A stretch of DNA of 64,000 nucleotides, taken from the NCBI GenBank assembly GCA_030324005.1, contig JARDVH010000149.1, positions 15,116,294-15,180,293 on the forward strand. Reading direction: 5' to 3'. The notes beneath the pieces are model-generated. The model did no database searches and was not told the DNA's origin. It was given only the letters and a program-made list of their open reading frames with translations. This document shows positions 10,818 to 21,975 of this stretch, in pieces. This stretch comes from Negaprion brevirostris. Taxonomy: Eukaryota. The position numbers were made by a program, and so were the translations under genes. Positions within the stretch are counted from its first letter, which is position 1. Every line of letters starts with the position of its first letter.

Positions 10818-11394
10818 TTTGATTTGATTTATTATTGTCACATGTATTGGGATACAGTGAAAAGCATTGTTTCTTGCACGCTAAATAGACAAAGCATTCC
10901 ATATATACAGAAGGAAAAGAGAGAGTGCAGAATGTAGTGTTACAATCATAGCTAGGTGAAGAGATGGATCAGCTTAACATGAGGTAGGTCCATTCAAAAG
11001 TCTGATGGCAATAGGCAAGAAGCTGTTCTTGAGTCATCTGGCTCGTGTTCTCAGACTTTCATATCTTTTCTCAACGGAAGAAGGTGGAAGAGAGTGTGCC
11101 TGGGATGCATGGAGCCATTAATTATATTAGCTGCTTTTCTGAGGCCGTGGGAAGTGTAGACAGAGTCAATGGATGGGAGGTAGGTTTGCGTGATGGACTG
11201 AGCTTCGTTCATGACCCTTTGTAGTTTTTTGCAGTCTTGGACAGAACAGGTGCCATACCAAGCTGCTATATAACCAGGAAGAATGCTTTCTATGGTGCAT
11301 CTGAAAAGTTGATGAGAGTCGCAGTGGACATGCCAAATTTCCTTAGCTTCCTGAGAAAATAAAGATGTTGGTGGGCTTTCTTAACTATAGCATT
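10818..11394 (-). mobile_element. Rex1/Babar non-LTR retrotransposon, 5'-truncated
   Basis: Homologous to 51265-51785; tail tttgatttgatttattattgtcacatg; possible GGCTT TSD at 10813-10817 and 11395-11399. Confidence 0.8.
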
Positions 11395-11699
11395 GGCTTA
11401 AACTGATTGATGACAAGTAATATTCATGCCATACCAGTGTCAGGTAATAACAACCTCTAACATGAGAGAATCCAATAATCTCCCCAGTGACACTCAGTGG
11501 CATTACCATTGCTGAATCCCTGACCATCAACATCCTGGAATGGGGGTTAGAGTTAACATTGATCAGAAACTTTACTCAACCAGCCATATAAATGTGTGCC
11601 TACTAGAACAGATCAGAGCTGCAGATTTTACGGCAAGCAACTCACTTTCTGACTCTCCAAAGCTTGTCCCCCATGTACAAGGCATAAGTCAGGAGTGTA

Positions 11700-11951
11700 C
11701 CATAAAACCACAGAATCCCTACAGTTNNNNNNNNNNNNNNNNNNNNNNNNNNNNNNNNNNNNNNNNNNNNNNNNNNNNNNNNNNNNNNNNNNNNCGGTTG
11801 GACTAAAACCTGGTGTTGTCAGACTTTTTACTGTGTTTACCCCAGTCCAACACCGGCATACCCACATCATAAACCCACGCAGACATGGGGAGAATGTGTA
11901 AACTCCACACAATCAGTCACCCAAGGCTGGAATCAAACCCGGGTCCCTGGC
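11700..11951 (-). mobile_element. HE1-type SINE containing a Penelope P1 end (11795-11868) and a gap
   Basis: Tail cacagaatccctacag; head side aaacccacgcagacatggggagaatgtg...aacccgggtccctggc. Confidence 0.75.
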
Positions 11952-12409
11952 TTGGATGACTATAGCTTCAACAATCAAGAAGCTCCCCATCATCCAAGAC
12001 AAAGCAGTTTGCTTATTCCGCATTTCCAACCTCCATCTTAATGTTCCTTTCCACCATTACCAGTGCAGCAGTGTGTACCATCTACAAGATGCACTGCAGC
12101 AACTCACCAAGGCTCTGTTACATAGGAAAGCAAGGGCAGCAGGTGTATGGGTTCAGAACACCTGCAAGTTCTCCTCCAAGCCACATACTGTTGTGACTAA
12201 ATCACTGCTTCGTCACTGTGGCATGGGTCAAAATCCTGAAACTCACTTCCTAACCACACTGTGGGTGTTAGCTACACCACATTGACTGCTGCGGTTTAAG
12301 AAGGTGGCTCACCACCATCATCTCAAGAACAATTAAGGCTTGCACTAAATGCTAACCTAGCCAGAACATTCAGATCGCAAGAATGAATTGTTAACAATCT
12401 GAACGTGAA

Positions 12410-12502
12410 TCAAAAAATGCTGGAAGTGCTCAGCAGAAGCGGCAGCGTCTATAGTGAGAAACAGAGTTAGTGTTTTAGGTCAACAATCCTTCGTCTGAAC
12501 TC
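12410..12502 (-). mobile_element. Degenerate Penelope P2 fragment
   Basis: aaaatgctggaagtgctcagcag...gagaaacagagttagtgttttaggtc...ccttcgtctgaact. Confidence 0.55.
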
Positions 12503-13304
12503 CTATAAAAGATTGTATATTGTCAATAAAGAATATGGCTTCATTGTGAACTCTGAGCAATCACCAGCCGATAATCAGAAAAATAGAATAAATACAGTTC
12601 TGATTAAGGACATTTGGCCCAGTGTGACTGTGTTGGGTCTTTGATGAGGCTATCCAAATGGTTGCTCTCATCTACTCTTTCCCCATAGCCCTGTAAATAT
12701 TTCCAATTCCCCTTTAAAAGTGATTATTAAATCCGTTTCCACCACCTTGTCAGACAGTGCACTCTGGATCAAAATTACATTGTAGCTTAATAAAATTTGT
12801 TCTTACCTCATCTTGGGATCTTTTGCCAATTACGTTAAATCTGTGCCCTCAGTTTATCAACCCTTTTGCCAGCTCAGTTAGTAATCGTCTAGCTTGCACA
12901 TGGAGAGTTGCCAGTTGGACCAAGTATTGCATCTCAAGTTGTGCTGCTGCTTTCAGTAGAGAGAAGGGAAAAGGAGGAAGAGTGGAGAAGAAAATACATT
13001 GTACATAGTTTATTGGCGAATATTGCCTAAGGTCTAAATTATATTTAAAAGAACTCTCCAAAGGGAGGTATATTTTGAGAGGAAACACGTGCAAGTTGTC
13101 AGCATTCAGCTCATTAGTGAAGAAAACGTTTCATCAAATCATTTGTTACAGGTAGTCCTGACAACACTGCAGTAATCTGAGGGCAATTGGTACTTCACAG
13201 AACCACTGGAATATAATAACTGTACTACTTATCAGGCAATTTAACTCAGTTCGGGTGCACCTGGGGGAGATAAATAACACTGACAAATTTAACTTCCATC
13301 TGGA

Positions 13305-13602
13305 AGAACAGAACAAAGAACAAGGAAAATTACAGCACAGGAACAGGTCCTAAAAGCTGCACTGCCCATGCTGTCCAACTGAACTAAAACCCTCTACTCT
13401 TTCAGGGACCATATCCCTCTATCCCCATCTATTCATGTACTTGTCAAGGTGCTCCTTAAAAGTCACTGTTGTACCTGCTTCCACTACCTCCCCCAGCAAC
13501 GAGTTCCAGGTGCCCACTACCCTCTGTGTTTAAAAAAAACTTGCCCCTCTCACCTTAAACCGATGTCTCCTAGTAATTGACTCTTCCACCCCGGGAAAAA
13601 GC
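13305..13602 (-). mobile_element. CR1 LINE 3' end
   Basis: gaacaaagaacaaggaaaattacagcacaggaacagg tail; gagttccaggtgcccactaccctctgtg. Confidence 0.75.
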
Positions 13603-14280
13603 TTTGTTGCTGTAATGCCTGGATTATTAAGTTTAACATTACCCCTCTTTGGATGCTTGTTCATGATAGAATTCGGGTCTTTTTGGGACCCAGGCCAGTT
13701 CGATATTTCTTTGATGATGCCCAGATTGATGGTGCTGGGATCCTTAACAGCAGAATCCTCAACTCCATTGAGTAGCTTGGCCTTTTTCATTTTGTTCTTG
13801 GGGATTGAGCTGGTAAGATTTCTGACATTAAGAGCTAGCCACATTTTTTGGCACACAAGTCAGGTAACAGATGTTCCTCATCTTCCCTGATATTCCTGAT
13901 TCAGTTCACTGTTTACAACAATTTTGGCAGATTTCCTGGCCACTATTTTTCTGATACTGAACAACAAATGACAAGATTTATTAACATGACTCAGGATTCT
14001 GTGTCACCAGTCCAAAATCATAAAGAATACATCACTAATACAACACTATGCCACCAAACCCTGTTTGGAAGAGTATGTTTCTGATTATAAATACAGCTTT
14101 CCCAACAAAGATAGGGTTTGTGACATTATTGTTAAAACTCTGTGGTGCATTGCCTTAGATGTTTTTTGTGCACATATGGAGTGTTTTGTGCATTTGTTGT
14201 AGTAGGTTGATCAGTCTGTCCAACTTGTACAAATGTTGAACTAATTAGGAAAGGAAACATTAAAGCAAAGCCTATTTAAA

Positions 14281-15150
14281 AGAACATAAGTACATGTGTG
14301 GACAATTCACCTCCTCGAGCCTCCTCCACCATCCAATCCGATCATGGCTGATCTCTTCTCTACCTTTCTGCCCGTTTCCCTTGATCCTTTATCCTGCTCC
14401 TCATTAAAAACCTTTCTATCTCCTCAAATTTGTGTAGTGTTCCAGCGTCCACTGCATTCTGGGGTAGAAAATTCCACAGATTCCTGACCCTTGGAGTGAA
14501 GTAATTCCTTCTTATTTCTGTTTTAAATCTGCCGCCCCTTAGCCTAAAACTACAGCTCTTGTTCTAGAATGTCTGACAAGGGAAACGTCTGCCCTATGTC
14601 ATCCCTGCCAATACCCTTTAGCAGCTTGTATGCCTCAATCAGATCTCCCATTTTTCTAAACTACAAAGAGAAGCCTCACAACACCAAGTTAAAGTCCAAC
14701 AGATTTATTTGGAATCATGAGCTTTTGGAGTGCTGCTCCTTCATTAGGTGAGGAAGGTAGGTTCNNNNNNNNNNNNNNNNNNNNNNNNNNNNNNNNNNNN
14801 NNNNNNNNNNNNNNNNNNNNNNNNNNNNNNNNNNNNNNNNNNNNNNNNNNNNNNNNNNNNNNNNNNNNNNNNNNNNNNNNNNNNNNNNNNNNNNNNNNNN
14901 NNNNNNNTTGAATTGATTCTGATGCATTTATAACTTTCATCAAGTAAGGGGACCAAAACTGTGCACAGCACTCCAGATACGGTCTCACCAATGTCCTGTA
15001 CAGTTGCAATAGCACTTCCCTATTTATACCCTATTCCATTAGCAATGAATGCCAAAATTCCATTTGCCTTCCTTATTACCTGCTGCATTTGTATACTAGC
15101 TTTCTGCGATTCATGCACGAGGACATCCAGATCCTTTTGCACCAAAGCAG
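14281..15150 (-). mobile_element. CR1 LINE RT C-terminus and 3' UTR, interrupted by Penelope P1 (14670-14764) and a gap
   Basis: Minus-strand peptides DLDVLVHESQKASIQMQQVIRKANGILAFIA and LLQLYRTLVRPYLECCAQFWSPYL. Confidence 0.9.
14670..14764 (-). mobile_element. Penelope P1 terminus with decayed hammerhead motif
   Basis: Minus strand 14751-14715: tcac-CTAATGA-aggagcagcactcc-AAA-agct-c-atga. Confidence 0.75.
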
Positions 15151-15169
15151 AAGCTGCATTCTCTACTCC

Positions 15170-16092
15170 CTCAGTGAGCTGATTATATCTGCATGAAATA
15201 ATGCAACCCACACTAGAATTGCCAAAGAAATTGGGAACAGGGTTGAGGGGGGGTGCCTGAGGCCCCGGCACTGCCCAAGGGCAAAGTGACGATGCCCAAG
15301 AGGACACCTTGGCACTGCCCACCAGGCATTGGGCAGTGACAAAGGGGTGTGGCCCAAGGGTAGGCCTAATGGGGGCAGGGTTTCAGGGGATGATCAGTGA
15401 TGGTGGGGGGGGGGAATCCCACTGCCACTCTACACTGGGATCAATGAGAGAGAGGGGAGGGGTGCAGCGTTTGGGGCTGTGCATTAGGGTGGGGACTGGG
15501 ACTGCTGTTGGGAGGGGTCAGGAGATCAGGACGGCTGGGGGAGAGATCAAGATGGGCCAGAAGGGNNNNNNNNNNNNNNNNNNNNNNNNNNNNNNNNNNN
15601 NNNNNNNNNNNNNNNNNNNNNNNNNNNNNNNNNNNNNNNNNNNNNNNNNNNNNNNNNNNNNNNNNGGGGAGAGATCAAGATGGGCCAGAAGGGGAATGAG
15701 AAGGGTTGAGGCTGGCCCGGACACGTCTTGTGGGGGGAGGTTGGGGAGGGGGGGCAGCGATCGGGCTGTCGTGGGGTTGTACATCCAGCGATGTGGTGTC
15801 GCGGAGCTGGCCAGCAAACGGGAGGCTGGCAGTGCGGGGCTACTGTACATGCACCGATCTCGGCGCTGACAGATGGGAGTGTGCGCAATGGCTTGCTCAG
15901 CGTTATGCCGCTGGCCTCTCCAGTGGGAATAGGCCCTGCTCCCTGATTTTTCATATGAATCCTGCTAGGGCACTACACAATGCACAGAGTGTGGGAGATT
16001 CATTGTGAAGCTCTCGCTGAATAAACCAGTGGGATTTATTCCAGTTGTTATTCAAATTCAGCACTTAAAGTTTTTTTTGGAAGAATTGCCCC
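15170..16092. mobile_element. GC-rich non-autonomous DNA-transposon-like element
   Basis: Internal blocks homologous to 27977-28850 (ggcagtgcggggctactgtacatgcaccgatc vs gcagtgcggggctactacgcatgcaccaatc); ends gaattgcccc. Confidence 0.6.
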
Positions 16093-16699
16093 CACAGTGT
16101 AGTTTGGTGATAAATCGAAGCATGAAATAATTCAGGGAATCCGATGTAGCCATGACGTACCTGAACCATCATCCCTTCCTTCCTTATAAAATTCCCTTCC
16201 TCCTCCTGAAATGACCATTTACCTTGTATCCTTAATGTGTATCTGTTTAAGACCCAGGGTTCAAACAAATACGGAAGAAAAGAATGCTGAAGAACTAAGC
16301 TGCTCCATAAACAGTTCCAAGTGGTGGTCAATGAGAAGTTGCTGTCCTATGATCTTTTCCACTATACTTTATTTCTTGAAGTATTTAAATGGTGTGATGA
16401 CCAGAACCTATCTCTCTCCTAAAAATTGAAAAGCCACTTAATAGAAAATATGTAAATAGAATTGGGATGACAAAGTCTTGCATGTTGCAGCTCCTGCTGG
16501 ATGTCTAATGTTACTTGAATATATTTTGAAGTGTTGCTAGAATTCTTTTTAATAAAACAGGTTATTGGGAGAGGAGTTCATTGTTTCAGTCGGGAAAATC
16601 CTTCAGGGAAGGTGAGGAACACCTGTTAACTGACTTTAGTGTCACAAAATGGGATATAATCAGTTGATATAATCAATACAATGAAACAAAGGTTGTCTC

Positions 16700-17053
16700 T
16701 TTATATATTTTATAAATATATAAAAAGGAAGAGGCTGGCTAGGGTGAACGTTGGACCCTTAGAGGATGAGAGGGGGAACCTAGNNNNNNNNNNNNNNNNN
16801 NNNNNNNNNNNNNNNNNNNNNNNNNNNNNNNNNNNNNNNNNNNNNNNNNNNNNNNNNNNNNNNNNNNNNNNNNNNNNNNNNNNAAGACGCGGGTAGATAG
16901 GTTTTTGATAGGCGAGGGGATTAAGGGTTATGGGGAGAGGGCAGGAGTGTGGAACTGAGCGACGACAGATCAGCCATGATCTTTTTGAATGGCGGGGCAG
17001 GCTTGAAGGGCTGGATGGCCTACTCCTGCTCCTATTTCTTATGTTCTTATGTT
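16700..17053 (+). mobile_element. Young CR1 LINE, collapsed at a gap
   Basis: FYKYIKRKRLARVNVGPLEDERG (CR1 ORF2) before the gap; tail ...tggcctactcctgctcctatttcttatgttcttatg. Confidence 0.85.
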
Positions 17054-17675
17054 TAATTATGAGAACAATTTGGTCAGAGATGCTCTTTCAGGGTGAGATA
17101 CAGTGGGCTTGGGGATAATAGATTGTATTGGAGCTGCCATGTCTGTAATTCATTGAGAGGCGAGTGGCAATGTAGTGCATTGCTGATTACAGGAACAGTG
17201 CTGGCTGTTTACCATGGGGTGGCATGGAGTTGGATGGAAAGGGTGGTGTAGATCCATTGTTTTCTGCAGAAAATAGGACTTGAAGCTCAGGGTTAGTTCA
17301 CTGAACAACAGGATTTTGCTTGCAGTTAATACAGCCCTGCAAAAAAATAATGATATTTGCTGTCTAGCAGGCTGGATGTCCCCAATAGGAGCACCCTGTA
17401 TCAGGATGACTGAACAAGTTTGTGTACATGAGGAAGCCATATCAGTGGGAAGCATCAATGGAGGACTTCCATTGTGCTGACAAACAACTGTATGTCTGTA
17501 TTTGCTGCAGTCTGAGCAGCTCCTTTGTTTGTGCCACTATGTACCATCAGTACTCTGGATTACAAAGACCTGGGTATGGCTCCAAAAAGCTCAATAAAGA
17601 GCTGCCTGTGACTTGGATAGTTAATAGAAGCGGTATAGTCTGCAAGAGTTTTTAAGGGAAGTTGCCTAGCACCCT

Positions 17676-18770
17676 TGTCAGCCGTGGCTTGGTGGGAGAA
17701 CTCTCATCTCTAAGCCAGCAGCAAATTCTGAGCTCAAGCCTCACTAGCACATCATTGCAGCCCAAAGGAGTGCTACATTTTTGGAGTGCTGTCCTTTGAG
17801 TAAGATGTTAAATCAAAATCCTGTCTGCTCATTACATTGGGTGTCAAGAATCCCAAGACGAAGAACAACAGATCTGTTCAATATTCATTCCTCAACCAAC
17901 AAGGTATCTTCTTGTATGAATCAGAGAAAACTAGTATGCAGGTACAGCAGGTAATTAGGAAGACTAATTGAATCTTAGCATTTATTGCCCAAGGAATAGA
18001 ATATATAAGTAGTGAAGTATTGTGCAAAGCATCAGTGAGACTGCACTTAGAATACCATGCACAGTTTTGATCTCCTTCTTTGAGGAGGCATTGGAGGCGA
18101 TTCGGAGAAGGTTCACTCGATTGATTCCAGAGATGAAGGGTTTGTTTTACGAAGAAGGATTGGACAGCTTAGGCCTATACTCCCTGGAGTTTAGCAGAAT
18201 AAGAAGTGATCTAATTGAAGTGATACGGAATGATAAGAAAAATTGACAAAGTCAACATGGAGAGGATGTTTCCTCTTGTAGGAACAACCTAGAACAAAAG
18301 ATCATAGATTTGGGAGAAGGAATGGCAGATTTAAAACAGAGCTGAGGAGAAATTACTTCTCTCAAAGGCTTGCGAGTCAGTAGAGTTCACTACCTCAGAG
18401 CGTGGTAGATGATAGGACATTAAGTAAATTTAAGGAAAGAGGTGGACGGATTTTTATTTAGCATAGGCTTGAAGGGCTATGGTCAGCAAAGTGGAGCTGA
18501 GGCCAAGATGAGGTTAGCTATGATTGTACTAAATGGTGGAGCCAGCTCGCGGGGCTGAATTGCCTACTCCTGCTCCTAGTTCTTATGTAATACCATTAAA
18601 GCAGGTTATCTAATTATTTAACTTATTGTTTGTGGACCTTGCTGTGCACGTTATCGGTTGTTGCATTTACCTACGTTAGAATAGTGACTACATTTTAAAA
18701 GTACTTAATTGGCCATAAAGTATTTTGGAATGCTCTGAGTATGTGAAATGTGTTATATAAGCTCTTTCTC
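17676..18770 (+). mobile_element. DeuSINE-like copy split by CR1
   Basis: Head tgtcagccgtggcttggtgg; Deu-like agatgttaaatcaaaatcctgtctgc; resumes after CR1 as ...gtgactacattttaaaagtacttaattggc. Confidence 0.65.
17905..18588 (+). mobile_element. CR1 LINE RT C-terminus and 3' UTR
   Basis: ALEAIRRRFTRLIPEMKGLFYEEGLDSLGLYSLEFSRIRSDLIEV; tail gcctactcctgctcctagttcttatg. Confidence 0.9.
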
Positions 18771-19139
18771 TGTCCTATCTGACCTTGGGCCCAGCAATTG
18801 TTCCTTAACTGACTTTCTTTCTCAAATGCATAAAGCTTGTATGTCAATGAGTTTTGCTACCTATTATTGTAACAATTATGAATAATTAAAATTAACAATT
18901 AGATTGAAGTGTGTTATGAAAGACTGTTTTGGATTCTGAGTTAGATACTATTCTTTCAGCTGTGCAATCTGCATTTGAATGCCTGGACTGTTTTTGATAA
19001 AAGCTTTATTTCTAAGTGTTCTATGTGAGATGACTTTGGACAAAGTCTTTTCAATTGTTCATGGATTGCATGCAGATTATAAACTGTCTCTAATTCATCA
19101 TTATTTATACTACATGAGTTATCTGTTACAAATTGATCT

Positions 19140-19620
19140 ATAAGCACAAGTCAGGCTCTCCACATGTCTGGATGAGAGCAGCTCCAGCTACATTTGAGAA
19201 GCTTGACATCATCCAGGACAAAGCAATCCTGCTTGATTGGCAGTCCACTGAAAAGCATTTGCTCCCTCACTGTCCACAGAGAATGATAGCTTTGTGTACC
19301 ATCTACAAGTTGCACTGCAGCAACTCATCAAGTCTCCTTTGACAGCACCTTCCAAACTCGTGAACACTATCACCAAGAAGGACAAGGGCAGTAGATGCAT
19401 GGGAACAACAAACTTCCCTGACTTGAACTATATCACTGTTTCTTCACTGTCACTTAGTCAAAATCCTGGAACTGTCTTCCTAATGGCAACATGGATGTAT
19501 CTGCACCAAGTGGATTTTAACAGCTCAAGAATGTAGCTCACCCGTATCTTCTCAAGTGCAATTAAGAATAGGCAATAAATGGTGGCCTAACCAGTGATTC
19601 CACATCCTGTGAAAGAATAG
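19140..19620 (+). mobile_element. LINE family D 3' end
   Basis: WMRAAPATFEKLDIIQDKA; tail aggcaataaatggtggcctaaccagtgattccacatcctgtgaaagaa. Confidence 0.7.
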
Positions 19621-20951
19621 TTTGAAAAGTTGACCAATAGGGTAGCTGCAGCAAAAGATGCCTTTTTGGGGGAGAGGGTGGAATCGGGAGATCAGGACTG
19701 TTGGGGAGGGGAACTCCATGGAGGGACCTTGACTCTAAGAATTAAGTTCCAAGATACTTTGTATGCTTTTGCGAATGACACTTTTTACTATTTGTGTACA
19801 ATCAGAAAATATTCTCTTGCTCTTTTGGGCTGGCACTATTGTGTATTCATGTTATTTCTAATGTTTCCTCACCGGCAGCTTTGCAGTAGAACAGGGCACT
19901 TTAAGAGACTGATCACACGATATCACTGATGACGTTATTGGGCAAATGAGCAGTATATCTTAGCAGCCTGTAGTGTTAACATTGTTTCAATAAAGCTCTT
20001 TTTTAGTTTAAACCTTTGAGGCCTGCAGCCTATCCTTTAAAACCACTACATAGAAACTGGTGACGAGGTGGTCAAACCACACTTGCAGCCACTCCGAAAG
20101 ACAACACTTAAGCCCAGAGTATTCAATTTCCAGCTTTGATAACTTGTGCACAAGTGAGAACACAAGCAAGCAAAGTATTGCCAATGTTCCATTGATTCAT
20201 ACAGAAAATCTAGCAGTTATAGTTAATTACAGCAAATGAAAAATGAACAATTTTTTTAATCCTTCATTTGTATACATATCCACCAATTATAGCATAGCCT
20301 TTTGTCCTTTCTCATCCAATACAAAACTGTCTCCTGCCAATCCTTCATTAACATGTCCCCATATCTTGCAACTTGTTAATTGACGTGGTAACTTGTTCTT
20401 TGTTTTTATCCTGTGCCCTAGTATTGGAATATGGTGTTTATGGAACAATGTTTTTGGATTTAGTCACTTACCTTGAATGTGTAACCGTTGGCCTTGCCGA
20501 TGGCATTACTGAAGGCCTTGTTTGGTTAATAATCATTTTCCATTACTTGACAGAGTTTTTTTGCCAATTATGGAACTGTAATTTTCACAATTGTTAGTAA
20601 CGTAACTTCTACACCCCCCAACCCAAAAAGGCTCAATTTCATATGTTCTTAAAGAGTAAGAACCTTTTAGAAACCCTCAGGAGCAACAGCTTCTACTGGA
20701 TGCTTTCGCAGTTGCACTCCAGAAACTGAAACTCCAAAATGCGAGGGTGGAGGCTGGAGACTTAGCTGCAGCAAAGTCGAAGAGCTCCAACACCCACAGC
20801 ACACCAGCTCACCCTATTCTGGCTAAGATCTATCCTGTGTGTGCCACGCTCAGCGGTGCAAATGAAAATTTGCAATGGCATGAACTGCAAGGAAGATACA
20901 ACCAGGAAGTGGAGAAGAAAAAGAGGCTAACCACTGGAGTGGAAAATCTGA

Positions 20952-21207
20952 AAAAGTTTATTAGTGTCACAAAGTAGGCTTACATTAACACAGTAATGAA
21001 GTTATTGTGAAAATCCTCTCGTCACTACACTCCGGCACCTGTTGAGGTACACTGACGGAGACTTTAACATGGCCAATGCATCTAACCAGCATGTCTTTAA
21101 GAGGAAACCCAGGCAGATATGAGGAGAACATGCAGAGACTGATCCAAGCCTGGAATCGAACCCGGGTCCCTGGCACTGTGAGGCAGCAGTGCTAACCACT
21201 GTGCCAC
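20952..21207 (-). mobile_element. V-type SINE type B (Rex1-like tail) with tRNA head
   Basis: ggaatcgaacccgggtccctggcactgtgaggcagcagtgctaaccactgtgccac head plus aagtttattagtgtcaca tail. Confidence 0.85.
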
Positions 21208-21470
21208 AGGGGTTTGTATCAGGCAATACAACAAGAGAACAAAACAAAACCACATTTTTCATCAAAAAGATCTGGCAAGGAACTATACCACCAGTGAAAA
21301 TGGATACCTGCTATATCTTAGGGCAGACAGGTCTCCTACACTGTACAAACATGAGACAGTGTAATATGGGNNNNNNNNNNNNNNNNNNNNNNNNNNNNNN
21401 NNNNNNNNNNNNNNNNNNNNNNNNNNNNNNNNNNNNNNNNNNNNNNNNNNNNNNNNNNNNNNNNNNNNNN

Positions 21471-21606
21471 CTCTCCATTCACCTGACAAAGAGGGAAACC
21501 TCGAAAGCTTGTGAGTTTACTATCAAATAAATCGGTTGGACTTAAACTTTGTGTTGTCAGACTTCTTACTGTGTTTACTCCAGTCCAACGCTGGCATCTC
21601 CACATC
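21471..21606 (+). mobile_element. Penelope P1 terminus
   Basis: ...aaataaatcggttggacttaaactttgtgttgtcagacttcttactgtgtttactccagtccaacgctggcatctccacatc, preceded by a gap. Confidence 0.8.
21479..21514 (+). ncRNA. Minimal type-I hammerhead ribozyme-like motif (G8>A variant, probably inactive)
   Basis: tcac-CTGACAA-a-GAGG-gaaa-CCTC-GAA-AGCT-T-gtga: stem I tcac/gtga, perfect stem II with GAAA loop, palindromic AGCT stem III. Confidence 0.65.
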
Positions 21607-21654
21607 AGAGATAGAACTGACAGAGAGTTCAAATCAACCTTCCAGAGAAACTAA

Positions 21655-21975
21655 GGACAGAACGGTGACACAGTGGTTAGCGCTTGCTGCCTCACAGCAC
21701 CAGAGACCCGAGTTCAATTCTGGCCTTGGGGTCACTGTGTGGAGTTTGCACATTCTCCCCGTGTCTGCATGGGTCCCCTCCGAGTGGTCTGGTTTCCTCC
21801 CACAGCGCAAAGATGATGTGCAAGTTAGGTTAATTGGCCATGCCAAATTAGTCCCAGTATCAAGGGGATTAGCAGGGTACATATCAGGGGTTGCAGGAGT
21901 AGGGCCTGGATGGGATTGTGGTCGGTGCAGATTCGATGGGCTGAATGGCCTCCTTCTGCACTGTGGGGATTCTAT
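21655..21975 (+). mobile_element. HE1-type V-SINE (type A, CR1 tail), full length
   Basis: acggtgacacagtggttagc A box, gagttcaattc B box, V-domain, tail ggcctccttctgcactgtggggattctat. Confidence 0.9.

Larger units (their letters stand above)
10560..12390 (+). mobile_element. CR1/L2-clade LINE (family D) 3' portion, split by Rex1, SINE and Penelope insertions
   Basis: Continuity of ...ctttcaggctt[Rex1]...catgtacaaggcataagtcaggagtg[SINE]...ccatcatccaagacaaagcag...aagaaggtggctcaccaccatcatctcaag... Confidence 0.7.

Noticed and set aside
15309-16008. CpG-island-like GC-rich region with long ORFs (also 27977-28890)
   Set aside because: Two homologous copies within the window point to a dispersed repeat; ORF length is inflated by GC content and N-gaps
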